A stretch of 64,000 nt of DNA from Mobula hypostoma. Lineage: Eukaryota. The stretch is from the NCBI RefSeq assembly GCF_963921235.1, contig NC_086108.1, positions 103,356,001-103,420,000 of the forward strand, read 5' to 3'. Positions within the stretch are counted from its first letter, which is position 1. Every line of letters starts with the position of its first letter. Shown piece by piece: positions 52,243 through 64,000 of this stretch. Below the pieces are notes generated by a model. The model saw nothing but the letters and a program-made list of their open reading frames with translations. It was not told where the DNA came from and did not search any database. A program made the translations under genes and the position numbers.

Positions 52243-52350
52243 AAGCAACACACAAAAAAGTTGCTGGTAAACGCAGCAGGCCAGGCAGCATCTCTAGGAA
52301 GAGGTGCAGTCGACGTTTCAGGCCGAGACCCTTCGTCAGGGCTAACTGAA
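52243..52350 (-). mobile_element. Penelope pLTR fragment with 7-bp TSD, inserted in a CR1
   Basis: TSD ggaacta at 52236-52242 and 52351-52357; same subfamily as the 26097-26349 palindrome. Confidence 0.85.
52307..52344 (-). ncRNA. Candidate minimal type-I hammerhead ribozyme (Penelope pLTR)
   Basis: Minus strand UAGCC-CUGACGA-AGGGUCUCGGCCU-GAAAC-GUC-GACUG: CUGANGA and GAAA cores, GUC triplet, palindromic ACGU stem III; stem I has one mismatch. Confidence 0.65.
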
Positions 52351-53799
52351 GGAACTAGCCTGGTGAATCCTTGCTGCATTCCCTTCCGAGATATGTTCAG
52401 TTCAATTATTATTCAACCATATATGAATACAGCCAACGAAATTACATTCCTCCGGGGCCAAAGTGTAAAACACACAGCACAAGGCATACACAACACATTC
52501 AAGAAAGCAAGCAAACATACAATGACACAAGAAAAATAGATATCTCACCCAAGTCCCAGGGTGACGTGCCCCACAAATTGATAGTGCAGTTCCCAGCAGT
52601 CTGCAAACACACGCACATGCAACCTAGCTTTCATTCTCCAATTGAATACTGGAGGACAGCACCGACGGGACAGGCTAGCTGCAAACCGAGCACGGACACC
52701 ATGCTACGCTGCCTCCGGCATTCTCCACTTCTGGAATGCAACAAGAGTAGACCAAATCTATACACTATACATCCGCATGTACAGATGTATAGAGACAGCC
52801 CTGGGACTGCAGACGCTAGAGTTTAGAAGAATGAGGCAGGTTGTCATTGAAACAGAGATAAGGAGTGATTTCTTTTAGCCAGAGAGTGCTGAATCTGTGG
52901 ACTACTCTGCCACAGACTGCTGTAGAGGCCAAGACCATGGGTATATTTAAAGCGATAGTTACCTGATTGGTCAGGGCATCAAAGGTTATGACAAGAGGGC
53001 AGGTGTATGGGTCTGAATGGGATCCGGGATCAGCAATGACAGAGTGGTGGGGCAGAATTGATGGGCTGAATGGCCTAATCCTGCTCTTATGTGTTATGGT
53101 CATATGGTCTTAAACCTATTGAACACTGAAGGGACTAGACAGAGTGAACATGGAGAGGATGCTTTCTATAGTGGGTGAGCCTCAGAATAGAGGGACAAAC
53201 ATTTAGAACGGAGGTGAGGAGAAATTTCTTTACCCAGATGGTGGTGAATCTATGGTTTTCATTGCCATGGACAGCTGTGGAGGCCAAGTCACTGAGTATA
53301 TATAAAGTGGAGATTGATAGTTCTTGATTAGTCAGGGTGTCAAAGGTTACAGGGAGAAGACAGGAGAATGGGGTTGAGAGGGCTAATCAATCAGACATAG
53401 TGGAATGGCAGATCAGACTTGCAGGGCTGAATGGCCCAATTCTGCTCCTATGTCTATGGGTCTTTTAACCTACTCTAAGATCATTTTATCACTTGCCTCC
53501 ATTTCTCTTATATCCAAGAGTTTCTTACATTTCCCTGATATATATGCCTATACCATCACCCCAGGCAGGGCACCCATGCATTTACCATTCTCTGTGTTAT
53601 AAGACCATAAAACATCGGAGCAAAAGTAGGCCATTTGGCCCATCAAGTCTACTCTGCCATTCAATCATGGGCTGATCCAATTCTTCCAGTCATCCCCAAT
53701 CCACTACCTTCACCCCATACCCTTTGATGCCCTGGCTAATCAAGAACCTATCTATCTCCGCCTTAAATACACCCATTGTCTTGGCCTCCACAGCCACTT

Positions 53800-54043
53800 G
53801 AAAATCCCCCACCAAGTCACTCACCATTCTGACTTGGAAACTTATCGCCGTTCCTTCATTGTCACTGGGTCAAAATCATGGAATTGCCTCCCTAACAGCA
53901 CTGTGGGTGTACCTACGCCACAGGGACAACAGCGGTTGAAGAAGGCAGCTCATCACCACCTTCTCAAGGACAGCTAGGGATGGTCAGTAAATGCTGGCTT
54001 AGCTGGTGACACCCACATCCCGTAAATGAATTAATAAAAAAAA
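53800..54043 (+). mobile_element. LINE 3' end of a second (CR1/L2-like) family with A-tail; others at 46530-46710 (+) and 61185-61500 (-)
   Basis: Repeated caccaccttctcaagggcaactagggatg...taaatgctgg motif in three copies. Confidence 0.65.
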
Positions 54044-54370
54044 AGATGGGATTAGCTTAAATTTGGCATCATGTTCAGTGCAGGCAATATGGCTCCAGGG
54101 GTCTGTGAATTTTCAGCAGAATATGGTTCACTGTTTTGACTTTGTATTTGAAACACCATAAGACAATGGAGCAAAATTAGGCCATACAGCCCATCAAGTC
54201 TGTTCCACCACGCCTTCATGGCTGATTTATTATCCCTCTCAACCCCATTCTACTGTCTCCTCCCTGTAAACTTTGACATCCTTACAAATCAAGAACCCAT
54301 TTACCTCCATTATAAATATACCCAGTGACTTGACCTCACAGTAGTCGACAGCAATGAATTCCACAGATCC

Positions 54371-55485
54371 AGAATCAGGTTTATTATCACCGGCATGTGA
54401 CGTGAAACTTGTTAACTAAGCAGCAGCAGTTCAATGCAATACATAATCCAGCAGAGAATAAATAAAATAAAAATAATAATAAACAAGTAAATCAATTACA
54501 TATATTGAATAGATCTTAAAAACATGCAAAAACAGAAATACTGTATATTTTTTTAAAAAGTGAGGTAGTATCCAAAGATTTGATGTCCATTTAGGAATCG
54601 GATGGCAGAGGGGAAGAAACTGTTCCTGAATCACTGAGTGTGTGCCTTCAGGCTTCTGTACCTCCTACCTGATGGTAACAGTGAGAAAAGGACATGCCCT
54701 GGGTGCTGAAGGTCATTAATAATGGACGCTGCCTTTCTGAGACGCCACTCCCTGAAGATGTCCTGGGTACTTTGCAGGCTAGTACCCACAATGGAGCTGA
54801 CTAGATTTACAACCTTCAGCAGCTTCTTTCAGTCCTGTGCAGTAGCCCCTCCATACCAGACAACGATGCAGCCTGTCAGAATGCTCTCCACAGAGTACAA
54901 CTATAGAAGTTTTTGAGTATATTTGTTGACATTCTAAATCTCTTCAAACTCCTAATAAAGTATAGCTGCTACCTTGCCTTCTTTATAACGACATCAATAT
55001 GTTGGGACCAGGTTAGGTCCTCAGAGATCTTGACATCCAGGAACTTGAAGCTGCTCACTCTCTCCACTTCTGACCCCTCTATGAGGATTGGTATGTGTTC
55101 CTTTGTCTTACCCTTCCTGAAGTCCACAATCAGCTCTTTCATCTTACTGATATTAAGTGCCAGATTGTTGCTGTGGCACCATTCCACTAGTTGGCATTTC
55201 TCACTCCTGTACGTCTTCTCGTCATCGCCTGAGATTCTACCAACAATGGTTGTATCGTCAGCAAATTTATAGATGGTATTTGAGATATGCCTTGCCACAC
55301 AGTCATGTGTATATAGAGCAGTGGGCTAAGCACACATCTCTGAGGTGCACCAGTGTTGATCGTCAGCGAGGAGGACATGTTATCACCAATCCACACAGAT
55401 TGTGGTCTTCCAGTTAGGAAGTTGAGGATCCAACTGCAGAGAGAGGTACAGAGGCCCAGGTTCTGCAATGTCTCAATCAGGATTC
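54371..55485 (-). mobile_element. Rex1/Babar-like LINE RT C-terminal half and 3' end, inserted in a CR1 (54155-54370 / 55485-55835)
   Basis: [39 protein letters not shown] and KELIVDFRK motifs; gattct-type tail. Confidence 0.9.
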
Positions 55486-57634
55486 CTTCTGGCTAACGAA
55501 ATTCCTCCTCATCTCTAATCTAAAGGGAAGTCCTTGCATTCAGAGGCTGTGCCCTTCAGTCCTAGACTTCCCTACCATAAGAAACATCCTCTACAAGTCC
55601 ACTCTTTCTCAGCCTTTCAATAATCAATAGGTCTCAATGATATCCCTCCCCACTGCGCGGCCCCCGCCCCATTTCCCTAATCTCCAGCAAGTACAGATCT
55701 AGAGCTATCAAACGCTCCTCATACCTTAATTTTCACATTCCTGGGATCATTCCAGCGAATCTCCTCTGGACCTTCTTCAGTGCCAGCACATCCTTTCTTA
55801 GATAAAGGGCACAAAACAGCTCACAATACTCCAAAGCTCAAAATTCCCAGGAAGAAAGTTGCCCTTCAACTCTAATGTCAGCAAAAGTCCCGCAATACTA
55901 TCAACTAACTTATCAGCAGTCCCACCAGACCTCCATTGCAGTTAGCAGTGTCTAGCAAGCATATATAAACATAATGGCAAATGCTGCGGGTTGTGGAAGA
56001 AGAAAGTTATTTATTTTAGAACAACTTCACATCAGAGCCTTGGTACCCAATCAAAGAACATGTGTGTCAGGTTGGGTAAGGTAAAAACTAAGCACTGGGC
56101 TTCAGATTGGACTTATTTCAAATTTTTGCTTTATATCCATGCAGATATCCATTGTAATTTATACTGGTTGAAGGGACGGTAGAAGTACAGTAGAAACGAA
56201 ATATCAAAGGGGACTGGATATATGCTTGGACGCAGAGATATTTAAAAAATGAGGCTATAAGAAGAGAGCAGAGTGCTACAGTTAATTGAATAATTTTTCA
56301 CAAGCCCAAGTCAGGGCCTCAAAGCACCAGCATCCTGCAACTTGAGTACAATAAAAGTATTTAAAGAAAAAGGCGTCTGTGTCACTCTCCAAATAGTTCC
56401 AATTCATTTTTTTGCCAGCGTTGCTAATAATCTCTCATCTTGGAATCTTCCCAAGAACAGTTTTAACAGCATCAGCCCAGTTCTCAAATGGCATTCATCC
56501 TGAGCGTACACATAACAAAAAAAAATCCTGTGATTCTACACACTTGGCAGCAATTCAGCAAATTCTTTTGGATAGGGCACAAGAATATAGTGTGGGAAAT
56601 TGAAATCTCCATCTCAGCAAGAGGTATGGCAATCATTTGAGAGGAGGCTGGATTGAGCAACTCAGGTCAGCTTCTGTATTCTACCATTAAAGGCTAGGCA
56701 GAAAATATTCCAGTCTCTGCATGTTCAGGGGACTGGAAAATGGAGCATTTAGAGACTGCAGGCTATTTTGCATCTTCAGTTACTGCAATGCAGAAGGTGT
56801 TCTGATTCAGGTTCTGGGTAATGAGGTAGGACATATCAAACAAGTGTCAGTGGGACAGTGGGGGGAAACACGGGGAATAGTAGTCCTAGTAACGTACACT
56901 TAAATCAATGAAAGTAGAAGGAATTTTTTCCCTCTCACAGATTAGGGTTGTTTGTGCTTTAACTGTATACAGCACTAGTTAATCCACAGTTTACATACAA
57001 AAACAGTTCTGGTCACAATACAGAAAAGATGCAATTGCAGTAAAGAGGAGACTTTTGAGGATACTGCAGCAATGAGGGAGGCTGTTTTATATAGAAAAGA
57101 GACAGGATATTTTAGGTATAATGATGACAACATAAGTTCAAATAAATAGCAAGAATCTTGGGAAATGCATCAAAGATTTAAAGTGTTAGCAGAAAAGATG
57201 AAGGGAGATGAAGAAATAATTATGGGTGTTAGAACATGAACTTCTTTCAGAAATGCTGTGGTAAAGGCAGCTTTCTTTTTTTCTTTTGTTTGCTGTCTTT
57301 TGCACATTGGCTGTTTGTTCCTCCTGTCTGCAACAGAATCATCTTTCTTGATTCTATTGTGGTTCTTGGGATTCACTGAATATGCTTGCAAGGAAATGAA
57401 TCTCAGGGTTGTATGTGGTGACATAAAAGTACTTTGATAATAAATCTACTTTGAACTCTCATTACATTTTAAATGTGCTTGGCTAAGCACTCAAAGCAAC
57501 ATGGTCAGAATGGGCATGGATCTAGTGTTAGAAGATGAAATTCGGCCTGATTGCACTTACAGACAACATAAACACGATGTGCGAAATGACCACCTTCTGC
57601 ATGATGCAACTTTTATGATTCAATTTTTATGATT

Positions 57635-57990
57635 TCTTTTTTTTAAATTTTATTTTTATTTGGATAAGGAATTCACAAATATCATGTACTTTTTTCACAC
57701 ATATAACCTTTTCCATTTTTTTATATGTATAAAACTATAATTATTTATACATTCTTAAGTACACATTGAGATGATATATAAGGAAATTAGACACTTAAAT
57801 AGATAATTATGTACTGTGGTAATTCTAATCTATTAGGTTAAGTAATGGTATTAGTTGTTAAGAAAAATGGTAATAATAGTTTCCATATAACTCTTCTGGT
57901 CCATTTCCACTGGTCCAAAATGTTGTATATAAGCCTATGTAACAACCATTGTAGGTGTTTATATCCTAATTTGTTCATGCTTGCTCCTGC
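57635..57990 (-). mobile_element. Probable L1-clade 3' UTR with poly(A) tail
   Basis: Plus-strand T-run followed by tttatt, AT-rich, similar in layout to the 17399 and 60490 ends; no coding evidence. Confidence 0.45.
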
Positions 57991-58389
57991 AATTTTTCTG
58001 ATTTCAACTATGAACAGGACTTCTCATTTGGAAAAGGCCTGATTTTAGTGGGATGGGAGAGGACTTGGACTGGAATTTTTAGAAGACTGGCAGGCAAAAG
58101 AATAGCAATACATCTTTAATGGACTTTGGTGGTCCATGTGGTGATGGGCATAGTAGTTGCCATTTCAAAGCAGTTAGTATGGCAACTGTTCTGCCCAAGA
58201 CCACCTGAAACTGCAGAGAGTTCGGAACACAGCTCAGCACATCATGGAAACCAGCCTCCCCTCCATGGACTCTGTCTATACTTCTGACTGCCTCAGTCAA
58301 GCAGCCAGTATAATCAAAGACCACACACATCCCAAATATTCTCTCTTCTCCCCTCTCCAATGAGCAGAAGATGCAAAAGCCTGTTCAAG

Positions 58390-60305
58390 AACATGCATTT
58401 TCCTTTCATCCATTTGTCTACCTAAGAGTCTTTTAAATATCCCTAACATATATGAGTCTACCCCCAACCCTGGCAGTGTATTCCACGCACCCCCATACTC
58501 TCTGTGCAAAAACAACTCTGACATTCCCTCCCCAATACTTTCCTCCAATCACCCTGAAGTTATGCCCCTTCTATTAGCTATTTCCACCCCAGGAAAAAGT
58601 CTCCGGCTATTCACCCTTTGGCTCATATCATCTTGTATACTTCTCTCCAAAGAGAAAAGCCCTAGCTTGTGCAATCTATCCTCATAATTCATGCTGTCTA
58701 ATACAGGCAGCATTCTGGTAAATCTCTGCACTCTCTCTAAAGTTTCCATATCCTTTCTATAATGAGGTGACAAGAAGTGAGCACAATACACACAGGGTTC
58801 TATGGAGCTGCAACATTAGGTCGTGGCTCTTGATCTGACTAATGAAGGCCAATGTGCAATATGCCTTCTTAACCACCATGATTCCTAGTCAACCTACCAA
58901 TCACCAGGAGCCACAATATCCACTCTAAATTGACTGTCCTAAAATCCACTACTTATCATTTGTGAAGAGGCTCTTCACCTCTTTACATTGAACAAGCAAC
59001 ACTAGTTTGATGAAAACGACCAAGAGATCCAGGAGCTAATTAGCCATAAACGGCTAATTCAGCAATCATGGGAAGTTCCAGGAAATGAAAGTAAATGCAC
59101 CAGTATATAAAGGATAATCTTCCAGTAGCAAATCTGTGACATAAAGAACGGATGAAAAACAGCAGAGGTCAGCAACTCACCAACAGCTACAACATGCATG
59201 GTTACATTAGCACCATCAAGATCATCAACATTCTACCCCAATGAGAGGCAAAACTGTAGCTGTAATTATCAACATAAGTCACACAGCACATACCAGAAGG
59301 CATAGGAGCAGAATTAGGCCATTTAGCACATTGACTCTGCTCCACCACTCATCATAGCTGATTTATTATACCTCTCAACCTCATACTCTTGCCTTCTCTT
59401 CATAACCTTTGATGCCCTGACTAGCCAAGAACCTATCAACAGCTGATTTAAATATACTCAGTGACTTGGCCTTCACAGCCATCCATGGCAATGAATTCCA
59501 CAGACTCACCACCCTCTGGCTAAAGAAACTCCTTCTCATCTGTGTTCTACATGAACATCCTTCTACCCTGAGGCTCTGCCCTCTGGTCCTAGACTCCCTC
59601 ATTATAGGAAACATCCTCTCCACATCCACTCTATCTAGGTCTTTCCACATTTGATAGATTTCAACAGGATCCCTCCACATTATTCTAAGCTCCAGTGAGT
59701 ACAGGCCAAGAGCCAAAAGCTACTTATAAGTTAACTCTTTCATTCCTGGAATCATTCTTGTGAACCTCCTCAGAACCCTTTCCAACGCTAGCATAATTTT
59801 TCTTAGATGAGGAGCCTAAAACTGCTCACAAAGCTCCAAATGCGGACTGACCAATGCCTTATAAAGCCTCAACATTACATTCTTACTTTTAAATTCCAGT
59901 CCTCTTGAAATTAATGCTAACATCACATTTACTTTCCTGACCATCAATCTGCAAGTTAACTTTTCCGGAATCCTGCATGAAGGCTCCCAAGTCCCTGTGC
60001 ACCTTTGAATATCCTCCATTTAGAAAACTGTCTACGCCTTTATTCCTTCTACCAAAGTGTATGGCCATACATTTCTTTGTACTATATTCCATCCGGCACT
60101 ACTTTGCCCAGTCTCCTAATCTAAGTTCTTCCGCAAACTCCCTGTTTCCTCAAAGCTACCTGCCCCTCCACAAACTTGGCTACAAAGCCATCAATTATGT
60201 TATCCAAATCAGTGATATATACTGTAATATGAAAAGCAATGGTCCCTGAGGAATACCACTAACTACTGCAGCCAACCAGAAAAGGCCCCCTTTATCTCAC
60301 TCTTT
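58390..60305 (-). mobile_element. Two degraded CR1 fragments (58390-58880; 59300-60305)
   Basis: YCAHFLSPHYRKD, LYKALVSPHLE and RRSFFSQRVVSLWNSLP motifs. Confidence 0.85.
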
Positions 60306-60488
60306 GAAAGACATAAAAAAGATAAGAAATAAGTTTAAGCCATGAAGCCCATCGAGCCTATTCCACCATTCAATAAGATCATGGTTGATAAGGTCATAGA
60401 CTCAGCTCTACCAACTTCCCTTTTCCATATAATGCTCAATACCCCTGCTATGCAAAAATCTGCCTTCAATATGTATATATATATTTTT

Positions 60489-61164
60489 CTTTCTTTCTTT
60501 TTAAATCTTTTTATTGAATAAGTATACAAAAAGTGAAGCCATATAGGCACTAATACACTGTTAGAATATAATAAAATTACAGAAGATATTAATACAAAAA
60601 AAATACTACAATGTAATTTAAACACAACATACCAAGGTAACATAATAGTATACTAATTTATATATATATATATATATATATATCAATAGAGAAAAGGAAA
60701 AAAAAACCCACCGTGCAACTAACTAAAAGCAAAGCAAAGCAATGGGCTAACTTGAAACCAAACAGAGTTAAAAAACTTAAAATCACGTCCTCAATCCCGA
60801 CCTCCATTAAAAACAGTAAAAAAAATCAAGAAGGGTATATATTACATTAAATGAAAATATTGAATAAAAGATCTCCAGGTCTGTTCAAATTTAAATGAGG
60901 AGTCATAAAGATTGCTTCTAATTTTCTCCAAATTCAAGCATAATATCGTCTGAGAAAACCAAAAAAAGGTAGTTGGAGCATTAAGCTCTTTCCAATGTTG
61001 TAAGATACATCTTTTCGCCATTAAAGTAAGAAATGCAATCATTCTACGGGCTGAAGGGGAAAGATTACTGGAAATTTTAGGTAGTCCAAAGATAGCAGTA
61101 ATAGGGTGAGGAGAGATATCTATATTCAATACCTTGGAGATAATATTAAAAATGTCTCTCCAAA
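60489..61164 (-). mobile_element. L1-clade 3' end (ORF2 C-terminus, 3' UTR containing (TA)n, A-rich tail)
   Basis: AKRCILQHWK...LEKI...FEQTWRSFI, homologous to the 17641-17952 peptide; approximate TSD aatatg.atatatat at 60468 and 61165. Confidence 0.8.
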
Positions 61165-63109
61165 AATATGCATATATATTTTTTTAATTTATTCATTTAC
61201 AGGATGTGGGTATTGCCAGTTAAGCCAGCATTTATTGCCCATCCCTAGTTGCCCTTGAGAAGGTGGTGATGAGCTTCTCAAGGGCAACTAGGGATGCCCT
61301 TGAACTCCTTCAACCGAAGCAGTCCCTGAGGTGTAGGCACATCCACGGTGCTGTTAGGGAGGCAATTCCATGAACAGCGATATGTTTCCAAGTCAGGATG
61401 GTGAATGACTTGGAGGGGGATTTCCAAGTGGTGGTGTTCCCAGGTATCTGCTGTTCTTGTCTTTCTAGATGGTCGTGGCCGTGCCTCTGGAAGGTGCTAC
61501 CATATTTAATGAGGTAGCCTCTATTGCTCCCCTGGGCAGATAATTCCACAGATTCACTATGCTTTAAGGAAAAGCAGTTTCTCCTCATCTCCATACTAAA
61601 TCTTTTCTTTTGAACCCTGAGGCTTTGTACTCCAGTTCTAGTCTCACTCGTCAGTGTAAACAACTTTCTTACCTCTAGCTTATCGATCCCTACCATAATT
61701 TTATATGCTTCTATAAAATCCCCTCTCATTCTTCTGAATTCTGGTGAGTATAGAAAATTTGGATGACTAAGGACTTTGAAGACTTGCTCAGATACCACTC
61801 TGTCCTTGACAAGAGCACGTCTGGTACTATCTCAGAGCAACCTACCCAGTCCATGATGTCACCACTCCTGATCAGTAAGCAGAAATCACCATATACCAAC
61901 AAACAAAAAAAAGAGACAACAGCCCTGTATAAGTTCAAAATTTAGTGGTGAGTAAATCTCACTGGGATACACAAATCTTGGTAAATGTGTGAGGTACAAC
62001 TTTAGAAGCCGGAGTAATGTTGGCTCTGCCAAACAGAAGCTGGATGAAATGAATCTAAGATTGAGGTGAAAATTGCATAAGGCTTTACAATTTTCTCCAG
62101 CTACAGGAATGGTGCCAGAGGACTGAAAAATGGCAAATATGGCACGCTTCGAAATAAAAGGGTTGTAAGGACAATCTCATCAACTACAGGGCAATCTGTT
62201 TAACCTCAGTGACAAGAAAGTTTCAGAAATGAAAATCATGGGGAAAATTGTTATTTGGTACATATACAATCTGTGCACAGAGGACCTGCTGCATTTAGCG
62301 ACAAGGGTTCAGATCGAATTCCACAGGCCATATAACTAATCTTGTAAATAACTCAATTTACTGTGAAGTGCACTCCACCTCTGGGTTCAAGTCTAGGCCA
62401 TGTGTGACTAAGTGAATAACATTCGCAAGTCTGAGTTACAACATTCAACATTCATTGCATGTGCCTGAACACTGCTCAGGAATTTATACCAAGACAGAGA
62501 AGCAATATTAGAAGTGATATCCTCTTCATACGGTGTTGATCAGAGGATCCAGACATCCTCTCCACTTTAAGCAGCATGGGAGCTCTCACCTACCAATATT
62601 TATTATTACAATGTCACAAAATTAAATGATCACTTAATCATAACATTGTACAGCACAGAAACGGGCCTCACAGCCTACTACACCCATGCCAATCATTTTG
62701 TCTACCTACACTAATCCATTTGGAAGTGTATTCTTCTAAAACCTTGCCTGTATAAATATTCTATCTCCTAAATGTGGTAATCATTTCTGATTTCACCATC
62801 TTCTCTAGCAGCAAAATCCAGATATTAATCACTCATTGTCTCAGATGACAATGAGGAGGCGTACATAATTGAAAGAAATCAATTGGTTCAATGGTATCAG
62901 AACAATAAAATTACACACAGCATCAGCAAAACAAAGAAATTGACTGGCCTTTGGGCTTCAAGAAGGGGAAGTCGGAGGGGACAGCAGTGGAAAGGGTCAT
63001 CTCAAAGAATCTGTCCTGGGCACAACACATTGATGCTGTCATGAATAAGGCTCTACTGTTAAGAGCTTGAGGAAATTTGGAAATTCCTGCACTTGTATTG
63101 TGGAAATCG

Positions 63110-63465
63110 AGTGACAGGATGGAGATATGCCTCTACACTAAGAAGGTGTAAGGTGCACCTTCTCTTCATTAGCCTGCAGGTCACCCTTGGGCAAGATGTA
63201 GCACCTGCTTAGGCCTCCAACCAGGGTGATATGAAGCCATGGGAGTGGATGATGGATTGGCGTATGAGCAGCTGGCACATATCACAAATCCTGGTTATGT
63301 GACCAGGCAGACAATTTCTTAAGAATATTGATAATGGCTGGAATCACCTGTCTTGTAATGACACTGCCCAGAAGAAGGCAAAGGCAAGCCACTTCTGTAG
63401 AAAAATGTGCCAAGAACAATTATGATCATGGATAGACCACGAGTGGCCACATCGTAAGATAACGA
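63110..63465 (+). mobile_element. Non-autonomous element with an RTE/BovB-like 3' end, inserted in a Rex-like fragment
   Basis: agaaggcaaaggcaagccacttctgtag...gccaagaacaa resembles recalled RTE/BovB 3' ends. Confidence 0.45.
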
Positions 63466-64000
63466 CGGTGCTGATTGTGGGCACTCTAACTGGTTGAATC
63501 ACAGCCTGGTATGGAGGCTCCAATGCACAAGCTACAGGGGGTTGAAAGTTCAAAGTCCATTTATTGTCAAAGTATGTATAAATTATACAACCTTGTGATT
63601 CATCTGCTTAGGGCAACCACGAAACAAGAAACCTGAAAGAACCCATTAAAAAAAAGACCAACAAATATTCAACGTGCAGGGGGGAGACCCACAAGTCTTG
63701 CAAACAATAAAAGTAAGAAACTGCATTCAGAATGAAAGTAAGTCCATAGACATGAAACCCGGAGCAGCCACAGCCTCAACCTCAGTTCACACAGCTGACA
63801 AATCGTTGCGAAGCTCACAGACAGAAAGCCTGGAGCAGGATACTGCCTGAGCGACACAGAGAGTGGAGTAAACATCACGGAGCTGCAAGCAGGACTGTAA
63901 TGACCCTTGACTCCAGCCCCAACACCCTGCCTTTTCAGTCCATCTACCAAGACACCAGGTCATCCCTCGTACTCTGACCCAGGCTCCATCACAGCGATAC

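Noticed and set aside
147..52350. Recurrent gctggaggaactcagcaggccaggcagcatc motif as a CRISPR-like or regulatory array
   Set aside because: Dispersed, irregularly spaced, eukaryotic context; explained by Penelope pLTR copies.
42242..64000. Search for the large N-terminal ZZZ3 exon or a second host gene
   Set aside because: No recognisable ZZZ3 N-terminal peptide or other host protein found by eye; the region is mostly TE-derived. A tblastn search would be needed to exclude small exons.

Overview
Eukaryotic, repeat-rich vertebrate genomic DNA. The repeat content (CR1, Rex1/Babar-like, Penelope, V-SINE-like) suggests an elasmobranch (shark/ray); this is inference. The only host gene found is ZZZ3 (ZZ-type zinc finger 3, ATAC complex subunit) on the minus strand. 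Ten GT-AG coding exons between 42241 and 3172 splice in frame to the C-terminal 407 aa (coiled-coil segment, SANT/Myb domain, ZZ finger, terminal ...NYFPANR*), followed by a probable ~1.5 kb 3' UTR. I found no N-terminal exon, so it probably lies beyond 64000. The introns are filled with nested mobile elements: CR1 LINEs (one young copy with an uninterrupted RT frame), L1-clade 3' ends, Rex1/Babar-like LINEs, Neptune-type Penelope elements, Tc1 and hAT derivatives, and tRNA-derived SINEs. The most interesting non-genic signal is a family of short Penelope pLTR insertions carrying a minimal type-I hammerhead ribozyme motif. Several are fold-back hairpins: in two the inversion junction falls on ribozyme stem I, and one is a perfect 95-bp palindrome with symmetric CpG decay. 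Nearly all short ORFs in the track are repeat-derived or spurious.
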